Shown: positions 37,718 to 47,250 of the stretch, one piece after another
Numbering within the stretch: position 1 is the stretch's first letter
How the letters are laid out: every line of letters begins with the position of its first letter
From: Armatimonadota bacterium
GTDB lineage: Bacteria; Armatimonadota; Fimbriimonadia; Fimbriimonadales; GBS-DC
DNA length: 64,000 bases
NCBI GenBank assembly: GCA_037444405.1
Contig: JBBIML010000007.1
Span: 59,606 to 123,605, forward strand
Reading direction: 5' to 3'
Program-made: the position numbers and the translations under genes
Notes under the pieces: generated by a model
Told to the model about the DNA's origin: nothing
Database searches by the model: none
Seen by the model: only the letters and a program-made list of their open reading frames with translations

Positions 37718-39870
37718 GAGGGGCGGTTCCCGCACTGCTGTTGTGCCTGCTGATTTCCGCGCGGGCAGAGCCACGCCTGGTGCTGGTGCTGGTTCACGAA
37801 GGATTGACGCCGGAGCAACTGAGTGGCGACATTCCGCACCAGTCGGCGTGGATGCTGTGGAAGCGCGTGCCAGCGGTGCCCGATACTGCCGAGCCGTGGC
37901 TGATGGGGCGTGCGCTGGTGTTTGCAACGGGGCGTCGGCTGCCCGCGGATGCGAGCGACGGGGTGGTGTTGATGGACAACGCGCCGTTTGAGCGCGGCAC
38001 GGCGTGGCAGGCGTTTCGGCGGCGCACGGGGACGACACCGCCCCGACCGGCTCTGCTTGCGCTCAACGCGGGTGGTTTGAGCCGACGGGAGGTGCTGCAA
38101 CACACGATGGGCGCACGCCTGCAACGCGCGGGGCTGACAGGACTCTATCTCGTTACGCCCGAATCGCCCCCGCCCAGTCCCTACGCGCTGATCGGGGTCA
38201 ACCGCGACGGTTATATGCCCGTGCGCGCCTTCCCCGATTTTGAGAGCATGCGCGTCGCTCTGCCCGCGCTCGACGCCGACTGGGTGCTGATCGAGATGGC
38301 ACGCTGGGACTACGCCGCGCTGGAGCTGCTGATGGCGGAGGGCATCGAAACCTGGGTGGTGAGCCTTCAGCCGCCCGATGGCGGTCTGGACGGCGTCGCG
38401 CGACTGACCGCGATTGTGCGCTATGCCGCCCGTGAGCCGACCGGTCTGCTCACTTCGGCGTCCACACGCTGGACAGGGCTGATTATAGAGGCGGACCTTG
38501 TGCCGACGCTGACGCGAGCGATTGGGGGCGAATCGGTGAACTGGCGGGAAGCCGACGGCGTGCCCGCGTTCAACGCGAGCGAATCGGACTGGCACGCCTT
38601 CTGGAACGGGCAACTGCTGCGCACGGGCACGCGCGCCCTGCGCCAGACGATGGGGCTGAGCGACCGCCGCGATATGCTCACCCGGATCGAGGAGCACTGG
38701 CGCATTCAGCATGAGCTGGCGCCCGTGCTGCTCATTGTCGTCGCCGCGATTGGCACTGTGTGGGTTCTTGGCGGGCTTGGGCTGTGGTGGCTTCAGCGGC
38801 TGGGCGGCTGGCTGCGCTCGTTCTATCGGGTCGGGCTGGCGGTGCTGCTGCTGTTCCCAGCCGTCGCTATCTGGTACAGCTACTGCCCGTTTGAGCTGTG
38901 GACAGGCGATCGGGCAGGCGATGCGTCGGTGCTGGTGGGCTGGCTGGTGGCAGGCTGGGTCGTTTTGAGCCTCGTGATGGCGGCGCTCATCCACCGGCTG
39001 GAGATGCCGCCGCTCAGCGCGGCGGGCGCTGTCGTGCTGCTGGTCATCCTGCTCGATATCTATTTTGCGGGCGGCTATGGCGTCAATCGCTCGCTGATGG
39101 GTCTCTATTTATGGGAGGGGGCGCGCCTGTACGGACTGGACAACACCTATCTGGGGATTGTGCTGCCGCTGGCGCTGCTTGCGCCCGCGAGCTGGCTGGA
39201 GAGCGTCGGGCGCCATCGCCCTGGAGGGCGCGGGCTGATGGCGCTCACGGCGTTCTACGCGCTCCTTATACTTACCTTCGGGCTGCCGATGCTGGGTTCG
39301 AACCTGGGTGCGTGGGCGCCGATGGCGCTGGCGTTCGGCTGGATGCTGAACGCGCTGCTGCCAGAGCACGTATCGGCGAGCTGGCGCACGCCCCTGCCCG
39401 GTCGCTGGTTGCTGCCTGCGTTGCTGGCGCTCGCGTTCATTGCGATGATGCTGGTCGTCTGGCTCGATTCGCGCCAGCACTGGCGGCTACAGTCGCATTT
39501 CGGGCGGGCGTGGCAATCGATGCTGGCAGGCGACTTCGGCATGCTCATCGGGGCGAAGCTGACGGTGGCGCAGCGGGTGATGTTCTCCTTGCCGATGATA
39601 GCGGCAGTAGTGGGCTTCGGGCTGCTCGCGCTGGCGGTTTGGCAGTGGTTGCGCCTGCCGCTGGTTCGGCTCTGGCACGGCATCAACGCGCTGCGCTCGG
39701 CAATCTATGCCTGTGGGGTGGGCGCAATCGCCGCCGTGCTGTTCAACGATTCGGGGCTGGTGACCGCCGCGCTGATTGCTGGAGGCGTCGTGCTGTGGCT
39801 GCTCGACGCGCTGGTCAGCCAGGTGGAGTGGGTTCAACTGCCCACAAACGGACATCGCAGGGGATTTTGA
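37714..39870 (+). CDS. Large integral membrane protein of unknown function
   Basis: Exported N-terminal domain, many TM helices, GARLYGLDN and FNDSG motifs. Confidence 0.7.
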   Translation: MRGAVPALLLCLLISARAEPRLVLVLVHEGLTPEQLSGDIPHQSAWMLWKRVPAVPDTAEPWLMGRALVFATGRRLPADASDGVVLMDNAPFERGTAWQAFRRRTGTTPPRPALLALNAGGLSRREVLQHTMGARLQRAGLTGLYLVTPESPPPSPYALIGVNRDGYMPVRAFPDFESMRVALPALDADWVLIEMARWDYAALELLMAEGIETWVVSLQPPDGGLDGVARLTAIVRYAAREPTGLLTSASTRWTGLIIEADLVPTLTRAIGGESVNWREADGVPAFNASESDWHAFWNGQLLRTGTRALRQTMGLSDRRDMLTRIEEHWRIQHELAPVLLIVVAAIGTVWVLGGLGLWWLQRLGGWLRSFYRVGLAVLLLFPAVAIWYSYCPFELWTGDRAGDASVLVGWLVAGWVVLSLVMAALIHRLEMPPLSAAGAVVLLVILLDIYFAGGYGVNRSLMGLYLWEGARLYGLDNTYLGIVLPLALLAPASWLESVGRHRPGGRGLMALTAFYALLILTFGLPMLGSNLGAWAPMALAFGWMLNALLPEHVSASWRTPLPGRWLLPALLALAFIAMMLVVWLDSRQHWRLQSHFGRAWQSMLAGDFGMLIGAKLTVAQRVMFSLPMIAAVVGFGLLALAVWQWLRLPLVRLWHGINALRSAIYACGVGAIAAVLFNDSGLVTAALIAGGVVLWLLDALVSQVEWVQLPTNGHRRGF

Positions 39871-39877
39871 AACCTTC

Positions 39878-39909
39878 TGGAGTGCGGAAGCCGTGCTTCC
39901 GCACTCCAT
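39878..39909. repeat. TGGAGTGCGGAAGC-type palindromic repeat
   Basis: TGGAGTGCGGAAGC-cgt-GCTTCCGCACTCCA; degenerate copy at about 35930-35958 between fliQ and fliR. Confidence 0.6.
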
Positions 39910-39956
39910 AGGTGCCTGCAAGGATTTCGCCGCCCTTGAGCGAAACAGGGAGTGGG

Positions 39957-41030
39957 ATGCAGATTGCGTTCACGACCTTCACGGTGCAGAAGCGGTTTCC
40001 GCTGACCATCAGTCGGGGCACGACGGCGCAGACCACCAATGTGTGGGTGCGGGTTCAGGCAGATGATATCGAGGGCTGGGGCGAGGCGTCGCCCTTTTCG
40101 ATTGGCGACCACCGCCAGCCGACTGAGAGCCTGCTTCGGGCGATGGAGCAAGCGCGCGAACAGCTCGCCGACCTGCACCCCCTGCAGCGCCAGCAGGTGG
40201 AAACGTGCCTGCGCGAGATGGAACTCCCCTCCGCTGCCCGCGCCGCCATCGACATGGCGCTGCTCGACTGGCTGGGCAAACGCGCGGGGCTACCCCTGTG
40301 GCAGCTGATGGGGCTGGCACGCGAGCGGATCGTGCCCACCTCCGTGACGATTGGCATCAACCCGCCCGAAGTCGCCCGCCAGCGCGTGCGCGACTGGCTC
40401 CAGCTCACCCATGCCCGCGCCCTCAAAATCAAGATGGGCAACCCCGACGGCATCGAAGCGGATCAGGCGATGCTGGAAGCCATTCGCGAGGAGCTGCATA
40501 GCCTGAACCAGCGCGTCGCGCTGCGAGTGGACGCGAACGGCGGCTGGAGCCTCGCCGACGCCCAGCGCATGGTTCGCTGGCTGGCGGAGCGCGGGGTGGA
40601 ATATGTGGAGCAACCGCTCCGCCGCGGCGAGGAAGACGCCCTGCCCGAACTCTATCGCCACACGCCCATCCCCCTCTTTATCGATGAAAGCTGCTTCGAC
40701 AGCCGCGATGTGGTGCGCTTCGCCGACCGCGTTCACGGCATCAACATCAAGCTGATGAAGTGCGGGGGTATCACGGAGGCGGTGCGGATGGTGCATACGG
40801 CGCGCGCGCTCGGCTTGCAGGTGATGTACGGCTGCTACTCGGACAGCAGTCTCGCCATCAGCGCGGCGGCGCAAATCGCCCCACTCGCCGACCATCTCGA
40901 TCTGGACAGCCATCTGAACCTGTTGAACGACCCGTTCGAGGGCGTGTCGCTGATGGATGGGCGTGTGCTACCGTCGGACGCGCCAGGGCTGGGCGTGCGG
41001 CTGAAAGCGATGCTTAACGACGATGCTTGA
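39957..41030 (+). CDS. Dipeptide (L-Ala-D/L-Glu) epimerase, enolase superfamily
   Basis: GWGE, KIK, VDANG, EQP, DES, NIKLMKCGG and DLD. Confidence 0.9.
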   Translation: MQIAFTTFTVQKRFPLTISRGTTAQTTNVWVRVQADDIEGWGEASPFSIGDHRQPTESLLRAMEQAREQLADLHPLQRQQVETCLREMELPSAARAAIDMALLDWLGKRAGLPLWQLMGLARERIVPTSVTIGINPPEVARQRVRDWLQLTHARALKIKMGNPDGIEADQAMLEAIREELHSLNQRVALRVDANGGWSLADAQRMVRWLAERGVEYVEQPLRRGEEDALPELYRHTPIPLFIDESCFDSRDVVRFADRVHGINIKLMKCGGITEAVRMVHTARALGLQVMYGCYSDSSLAISAAAQIAPLADHLDLDSHLNLLNDPFEGVSLMDGRVLPSDAPGLGVRLKAMLNDDA

Positions 41031-42246
41031 GGGTCTCCGGGCGTGTGTGGGCAGTGAGGGCGTTCTGGACGAAAATGCTCGCTACGCCATCGGTGGGCGC
41101 GAGCCGCCCCTCGTGCTGGCGCCGCAAAGCGAGCAGGAAATCGTCGCCCTGATCGAGCATGCGAAGGGCTATCGGCTGCCATTCGCGATTGCGGGCAGCG
41201 GCACGCACCTTGGCGCGATTTGTCCGCCTGAACCTTACAGCTGGACGCTCTGCACCCTGCGTCTGAACCGATTGATCGACTATGCGCCTGCTGATCTGGT
41301 CATCACGCTCGGTGCCGGGATGCGCCTGAGCGAGGCGCAGGCGATTCTGGGTCAGCACGGGCAGTACCTGCCGTGGAACCCGCCGCTGCCCGATGAGGCG
41401 ACGATTGGCGGGATTGTGGCAAGCGGGCGCAGCGGCGCGTGGCGCTTCCGACACGGCACCCCGCGCGACCGCCTGTTAGCTCTGCGTGCCGTGCGCGGCG
41501 ACGGTACACCCTTCAAAAGCGGCGCGAAGGTGGTCAAAAGCGTCGCGGGCTACGACCTCCATCGGCTGATGTGCGGCAGCTGGGGCACGCTCGGCGTCAT
41601 CACAGAGATCACACTCAAGGTCGCGCCGTTGCCCCCTGCGCGTCAGGCGGTGCAAATCGCCATCCCCCGCTGGGATTCGGTCGAACCGACGCTCGCGCAG
41701 CTGATGCAGGCGCCCCTCCAGCCTGAGCGACTCGATCTGGTGCGCATCCCATCGCTGACGGGTGTGGAGGCTCCGATTCTGCTGCTGGAGTTCGCTGGCT
41801 CGGAGGCAGGCGTCGCATGGCAACTGCGCTGGCTGCAGGAGCAGGGCTTTGAGGCGAATCCCGTGCCCGCTGAGTGGCTGGAACGACTGCGCGACTGGCT
41901 CGCCCCGCGCCAGCATCACCTGCTGCTCAAGCTGCTGATGCGCAGCAGTGAGGTCGCCGACTGGATGGCGCGACTGTCGGCTGTTGAGGGTTGTAATCTC
42001 TATGCCCATGCGGGCAGCGGCGTGCTGTATGTCAGTTGTGAAGCGGATGAGCCAGCGAAGCAGGCGCTTCAGGCGTTGCAGGGCGCGAGTGCGGGCGTCG
42101 GGACGCCGCGCTGGTACGCCCTGCAGATGCTTCCATCCCTCCATGAGGACGAGCTGCCCACACCCCTGCACGCCGAACGCCGTTCACCCCTCGCCCAGCG
42201 CCTTAAAAGCGTTTTTGACCCCCACTCGCTACTGCCTCCGCTGTAG
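41023..42246 (+). CDS. FAD-binding oxidoreductase (GlcE-like)
   Basis: ATIGG, GAKVVKSVAGYDL..GSWGTLGVITE and LKSVFDP. Confidence 0.88.
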   Translation: MLEGLRACVGSEGVLDENARYAIGGREPPLVLAPQSEQEIVALIEHAKGYRLPFAIAGSGTHLGAICPPEPYSWTLCTLRLNRLIDYAPADLVITLGAGMRLSEAQAILGQHGQYLPWNPPLPDEATIGGIVASGRSGAWRFRHGTPRDRLLALRAVRGDGTPFKSGAKVVKSVAGYDLHRLMCGSWGTLGVITEITLKVAPLPPARQAVQIAIPRWDSVEPTLAQLMQAPLQPERLDLVRIPSLTGVEAPILLLEFAGSEAGVAWQLRWLQEQGFEANPVPAEWLERLRDWLAPRQHHLLLKLLMRSSEVADWMARLSAVEGCNLYAHAGSGVLYVSCEADEPAKQALQALQGASAGVGTPRWYALQMLPSLHEDELPTPLHAERRSPLAQRLKSVFDPHSLLPPL

Positions 42247-42793
42247 GTGATTTGCGATTCAGCCACGCAAAGGCGACAAATCCCCACAGGATGCCGATCA
42301 GGACACCTGTTAGCACATCGGAGGGGTAATGCACGCCCCGATAGATACGGGACAGTCCCACCAGTGTCGCTATTAGCCAGCCGAACCAGCCGAGCCAGCG
42401 ATAGCGCGTGCCCCGCACCATCAGCCACAGCCAGCACGCCAGCGCGAACGCTGTCGCCGTGTGTCCCGACGGAAACGAGTTCGCATAAATGCGCTCATCG
42501 GGCGCCACCAGCACATCGGGCAGATTCGATGGACGCGGGCGCGGAAACAGGTGCTTCAGAATCTGAACCGTCGCACCGCTGCCCAGCCACGCCACCAAGC
42601 CGGGCAGAAACAGTTGCCGCCACCGATGTTGCCAGCGCACGCACAGCGTCGCCGTTAGCAACAGAATCAGCTGCACCCAGCCCAGCCCCAGCGAGGTGAA
42701 ACACCACATCAGTGGGCTGACCAGCGGATGGTGCAGCCCGTGATTGATTGCGTAGAGAACCTGCCGATCCCACTCCTGCAACCACTCCGTCAT
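42203..42793 (-). CDS. PAP2-family phosphatase
   Basis: K-x6-RP, SFPSGH and SRIYRGVHYPSD. Confidence 0.93.
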   Translation of the reverse strand: MTEWLQEWDRQVLYAINHGLHHPLVSPLMWCFTSLGLGWVQLILLLTATLCVRWQHRWRQLFLPGLVAWLGSGATVQILKHLFPRPRPSNLPDVLVAPDERIYANSFPSGHTATAFALACWLWLMVRGTRYRWLGWFGWLIATLVGLSRIYRGVHYPSDVLTGVLIGILWGFVAFAWLNRKSPTAEAVASGGQKRF

Positions 42794-43308
42794 GGTGAAC
42801 GAACAGACTTGGAGTGCCCGTCTGCAAAGCCGATGTTATTTACCTCTTTAATATGGCGGGGCGGGCTGGGCAGGCTGGTCACGGGATCGTGCGCGTTCCA
42901 GGCGAGATTGGAGGAGTCGTACACCAGCGGCGTTTGTGCGGGGTTTGCAACGGTTGCCATCTTCTGGCGTGAGAGGCGCACATTCATCGCGTAGCCGTAG
43001 CCCTGCCCATACCGCACGGACGGGCAGCGATAGGTGTCCGGGTCATGCACATAGGGGCGGGTAAGATCGCCCCAGCGTGAGGCTTGCGGGAACCGATTGC
43101 CATAATCGTTGGCGTACATCTGCTGGGCTAATAGCAGCTGCCGCAGATTGCTCAGGCACTGCGTCTGACGCGCTGCCTCGCGCGCCTGCACGAACACGGG
43201 GAGCAGAATCGCGGGGCAGACGAAGCAGCTGGCAAGCACGCAGAAACCCAGCCCGATGAGCATCACAATCAGCCACGCGGGCGTCCGCCGGGTCGGTTGC
43301 ACGCTCAT
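42790..43308 (-). CDS. DUF1559 / H-X9-DG prepilin-like protein
   Basis: ILLPVFVQAREAARQTQCLSNLRQ..MYANDY and H..NIGFADGH. Confidence 0.85.
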   Translation of the reverse strand: MSVQPTRRTPAWLIVMLIGLGFCVLASCFVCPAILLPVFVQAREAARQTQCLSNLRQLLLAQQMYANDYGNRFPQASRWGDLTRPYVHDPDTYRCPSVRYGQGYGYAMNVRLSRQKMATVANPAQTPLVYDSSNLAWNAHDPVTSLPSPPRHIKEVNNIGFADGHSKSVRSP

Positions 43309-43341
43309 AGTGGGGTTATGATACCCGATAAGAGTCGGGCG

Positions 43342-43445
43342 GTACGGGCACGGTCTCCGTGCCCCTACAACCGTGCCCGTGCAACGGTTCGGACGCCCGT
43401 GCAACGGTTCGGACAATGGTACAGGCGCGGGCACCGCGCCCCTAC
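43342..43445. repeat. GTAG-type REP pair with internal 20-bp tandem duplication
   Basis: GTACGGGCACGG..CCGTGCCCCTAC and GTACAGGCGCGG..CCGCGCCCCTAC; GCCCGTGCAACGGTTCGGAC twice. Confidence 0.7.
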
Positions 43446-44083
43446 TCTGCAATCCAAGCGGGTTCGCTGATGAGCGAGCGCTGGCGTTGCAGGTAGTCGC
43501 GCACCACCTGCGCGATGCTGCGCCCTATGCTGGAGGCGATTTGATCCTTGCTCCAGATTCGGAAGTAGCCGAGTGCGCCGCGCGCCAGCGGCGCGGTGGT
43601 CGCCACGCGATAAGTGCGTTTCGGGTCGAGCTTCGCACCCGCGATAATCACACTGCGTATGCGCTTGCCCGGCTCCGCTTTCGGGTCGAAGCGCACTTCC
43701 GCGCCTGTAAGCTGCAGGAAGGCGTTGTTCTTCTGCGGGTAGAGTTCGACGGAGCGCTCCAGCGCCTGCAGGAGCTGTTCGCCCGTCAGGTTCAGCACCA
43801 CCACCTCGTCGTCAGGATAGCGCAACGCCTTCAGCAGGGCATCGATGGGTTGCTGACCGGCGGGCAACTGCAGGCTCTCGTCAAAAAAGGCGGCGCCCAG
43901 CATGGCTAAATCGGCGCCCGTTGCCGCGCGCAGGGCGTCCACCAGCGTCTGGGCAATCGGGTTCGCACCCTCACCCACATTCTCCATCGAGACCGCGCGC
44001 GACAGCTGAACCGTCTGGGCAGATGAGAGGCCCAGTCCAAGCCCAACCATCACCGCTATCAACCACAGTTTTCGCATATTCAA
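43442..44083 (-). CDS. Secreted stand-alone 5'-nucleotidase C-terminal domain protein
   Basis: Signal peptide; DALRAATGADLA, LTGEQLLQALE and LDPKRTYRVAT. Confidence 0.82.
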   Translation of the reverse strand: MNMRKLWLIAVMVGLGLGLSSAQTVQLSRAVSMENVGEGANPIAQTLVDALRAATGADLAMLGAAFFDESLQLPAGQQPIDALLKALRYPDDEVVVLNLTGEQLLQALERSVELYPQKNNAFLQLTGAEVRFDPKAEPGKRIRSVIIAGAKLDPKRTYRVATTAPLARGALGYFRIWSKDQIASSIGRSIAQVVRDYLQRQRSLISEPAWIAE

Positions 44084-44154
44084 CTCCCGACAGGCGTCGC
44101 GCCTATCTGTTTAGGCAGTGGCTTGTGGCTTCCAGCCCAAGCAAGCCCCTGCGC

Positions 44155-45283
44155 CTATCTGTTTATATCTACGACCGAGCGGCGTGAAGCGTTCCATCGC
44201 AGATAGGCTTCGATGAAGCCGTCGATCTCGCCGTCCAGCACCGCCTGCGCGTTGCCCGTTTCATAATCGGTGCGGTGGTCTTTCACCAGCGTGTAGGGGT
44301 GCAGCACATAGGAGCGGATCTGGTGTCCCCATTCGGCGGGCACGGTATCGCCTTTGAGCTGCTGAAGTTTCTGCTCCTGCTGGCGGCGGTAATACTCGGC
44401 GACGCGGGCAGCCAGCACTTTCATCGCGACGGCGCGGTTCTGATGTTGCGAGCGCTCGTTCTGGCAGCTGGCAGTGATGCCCGTCGGGATGTGGGTGATG
44501 CGCACCGCCGATTCGGTCTTGTTCACATGCTGTCCGCCGTGCCCGCTTGCCCGATAGGTGTCGATGCGCAGGTCTTCGGGATTGAGCTGGATGGCGGTTT
44601 CTTCGATATCGGGCATCACTTCGACGAGGGCGAAGGTGGTGTGGCGTCGGCGGTTGGCATCGAACGGCGAGATTCGCACGAGGCGATGCACGCCATGCTC
44701 CGATTTGAGCAGTCCGTAGGCGTAGTCGCCCTCGATCAGCACGCCGACGCTGGCATAGCCGACGACGCTGCCGGGCGTCTCGTCCACGATTTCGGCGCGG
44801 AAGCCCTTGCGTTGCGCCCAGCGCAGGTACATGCGCAGCAGCATCTGCACCCAGTCGCACGCTTCCGTGCCGCCCGCGCCCGCGTCGATCTCCAGCAGGG
44901 CGTTATGGCGGTCGTACTCGCCGCTCAACAGGGTGAACAGATCAAGCCGATCCACCTCGCGCTTGAGCGTTTCGACCTGCGCGGCGACCTCGCGGGCGGT
45001 CGCATCGTCGTACTCCATCTGGAGCAGGTTGAGCCACTCCTCGCATTCGCTAACAGTGGCGAGCAGTCGCTCGTACGGTTCGATGCGATTTTTCAGGCGG
45101 GCGATGGTCTGCATCGTTGCCTGCGCCCGCGCAGGCTCCGCCCAGAAAGCAGGGTCCTCGGTCTCGCGCTCCAGCCGCGCGAGCTCCGCCTTCAGATTGG
45201 CGATGTCAAAGATGCTCCCCGATCGCCTGCAGGCGTCGGCGAGCCTCCTGAAGCGATTCGCTGATGGTCCGCAAATCCAGCAT
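44155..45283 (-). CDS. prfB: Peptide chain release factor 2 (+1 programmed frameshift)
   Basis: SPF and GGQ motifs; 25-codon first ORF ends CTT TGA C at 45205-45211 with an upstream SD-like GGGGAG. Confidence 0.96.
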
Positions 45284-45301
45284 TTTTCAATCCCTCAACG
45301 G

Positions 45302-45625
45302 TTAATCAAGATGCCTTTTCACGCGCTCTTCGATGACCCCTCTGGGCAATGCGCCCACAATCTGATCCACAATCAGCCCGTTCTTGAACAGCAACAGCGT
45401 TGGGATGCTCATAATCCCGTACCGGATCGCCAGCCCCTGTTCCTGATCGACATCCACCTTCAGCACCTTGAGCTTATCGGCATACTGGGTTGCCAGCTCT
45501 TCCACAATCGGCGCGATCAGGCGGCACGGCGCACACCAGACCGCCCAGAAGTCGACCAGCACTGGCACAGGCGATTGCAACACTTCGGTTTCCCATTCGC
45601 GTTCTGTAACGGCTCTTGCTGCCAT
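45302..45625 (-). CDS. trxA: Thioredoxin
   Basis: DFWAVWCAPC and SIPTL. Confidence 0.95.
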   Translation of the reverse strand: MAARAVTEREWETEVLQSPVPVLVDFWAVWCAPCRLIAPIVEELATQYADKLKVLKVDVDQEQGLAIRYGIMSIPTLLLFKNGLIVDQIVGALPRGVIEERVKRHLD

Positions 45626-45662
45626 CGTTTTTCCCTCCAGCGGGATTATACCCGATGAGTCG

Positions 45663-47249
45663 TCAACGCAAGCCTGTGAGCGTGATTCCGAACAGGAGCA
45701 CGCCGGGCGTGCGTCGCCAGTAGAGGAACGGTTCGATGCAGTGGATGCGCCAGCCGAGAAAGAGCTGGATGTCATAGAGGTCGTTTCGTTCGGTGTCGTA
45801 TTTGAGCAGGGCGCCCCAGCGCAGGTTGCCGATCAGCCCTTCGCCGCGCAGGGCAACTTCCTGGCGGGCGGCGATCTGATCCGACTGAAACGGCGTGCGT
45901 CCCTGCATGCGGGTGAGCGCGTAGCCGAGCATCAGCCCGAAGGTCTCGCCATGCTGATAGCGCAGTTCGAGCTGGGGACGCAGCCAGCTGAAAGAGCGGG
46001 TATCGCCGTAGCGCACATGGCTTGCCCACAGGTGCAGGTTCAGCTCCAGAGGCGACGGGCGCATCAGAGGCTGGAGCCATTCGGCTTCGAGGGCGAGCCG
46101 CTGCAGGGTGGGCGTGTGCTGGTTGTCCAGCCGCTCGCGCATGGAACCCCATCGCAGGCTGATGCCGCCCAGCCCTGTGCCCACATTGAAGCCCGTGCTG
46201 ATGGCAAGCTCTAAGGGGCGGGAAACACGCAGGCGGGCGTCGCGGGCGAACAGCGGGCGCACATCGGCACTGTGTTCCAGCCGCAGGGTGGTGGTACGCT
46301 CGCGCAGGGCGTTCCGCTCGCGTTCCGGCGTAATGCGCAGGTTATACAGCGCGCTCGATTCGAGCCGCTGGCTCAACTCTGGCTCGGTCAGCGCGGGCGT
46401 GTCGCCAGCAAGTGCGACAGCGAGCGCCAAGCGCGTTTCTGGAACCGCCCGCGTGTGAACCGCGCCGTTCAGCACGAGCAGCGACTGCGCACCGAGCGGC
46501 AACGCGAGCTGATAGCGAGCGCCAGGTCCGGTGTCAGGGCTATAGGTGGGGGTTGGCAGTTCCAGCGTCTCGCGTCGCTCGCGCAGGTTCAAACTGATGG
46601 TGGGAATGCTTAACAGAGTGCGTCCGCGCCAGCGCAGGCGCGCGTTATAGAGGCGCAGCCGCTGACCCCCGCGCAGGCTGGCACGCGCCGCCTCCACCGT
46701 GAAGTCGGGATGATCACGGTCGCAGGTGGTGGCGCGTATCGCCTGCGCCTCAAATCGCTGAAGGTCGCCCTCCAGTTGCTGCGCCCAGAGTCGAGCGGCG
46801 ACTCTCTCCTGCTGGGGCGGGGTGCCCCAGCCACGAGGCGCGCGTGAGGAAGCAGGCAGAAACAGCACCGCCTGCACATCGGTGAACCGCCCGCGACGCT
46901 CCTCATAAAAATAGAGCAGGCTCTGACCTCGCAGGTAGCCTTCGGGCGCGAGCAGCTCAAACGGCGCGTTGCCCTGCACCACCGCTTTCGCCGTGTCCAG
47001 CTGCAGAGCTTCCGTGCGCAGCTGACGGTCGCCGTAGAGCAGTTGCACCCTGCCGCGCAGCTCAAGTTGCAACGAGCCGTCCGACTGGCGCACCGCGCGC
47101 GAGTGAAGCGCCCGCAGGGTGAGCGACTGATCCTGCGCCGCCCTGCCGGGGGAGAGGGACTGGTTAGCTCCCTCTCCCCAGAGAGGGGAAGGACTTAGGG
47201 TGAGGGCAATCGTAAGCGGCAGGGCGGTGAGCATCAGCACCGCCCTCAC
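45663..47249 (-). CDS. LptD/OstA-like outer-membrane assembly protein
   Basis: N-terminal beta-jellyroll (GRVQL, ATTCD..PDF) and C-terminal beta-barrel-like strands. Confidence 0.6.
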   Translation of the reverse strand: MRAVLMLTALPLTIALTLSPSPLWGEGANQSLSPGRAAQDQSLTLRALHSRAVRQSDGSLQLELRGRVQLLYGDRQLRTEALQLDTAKAVVQGNAPFELLAPEGYLRGQSLLYFYEERRGRFTDVQAVLFLPASSRAPRGWGTPPQQERVAARLWAQQLEGDLQRFEAQAIRATTCDRDHPDFTVEAARASLRGGQRLRLYNARLRWRGRTLLSIPTISLNLRERRETLELPTPTYSPDTGPGARYQLALPLGAQSLLVLNGAVHTRAVPETRLALAVALAGDTPALTEPELSQRLESSALYNLRITPERERNALRERTTTLRLEHSADVRPLFARDARLRVSRPLELAISTGFNVGTGLGGISLRWGSMRERLDNQHTPTLQRLALEAEWLQPLMRPSPLELNLHLWASHVRYGDTRSFSWLRPQLELRYQHGETFGLMLGYALTRMQGRTPFQSDQIAARQEVALRGEGLIGNLRWGALLKYDTERNDLYDIQLFLGWRIHCIEPFLYWRRTPGVLLFGITLTGLR

Positions 47250-47250
47250 C

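Noticed and set aside
43375..43414. CRISPR-like repeat
   Set aside because: Only two abutting 20-bp copies, no spacers and no cas genes in the window.
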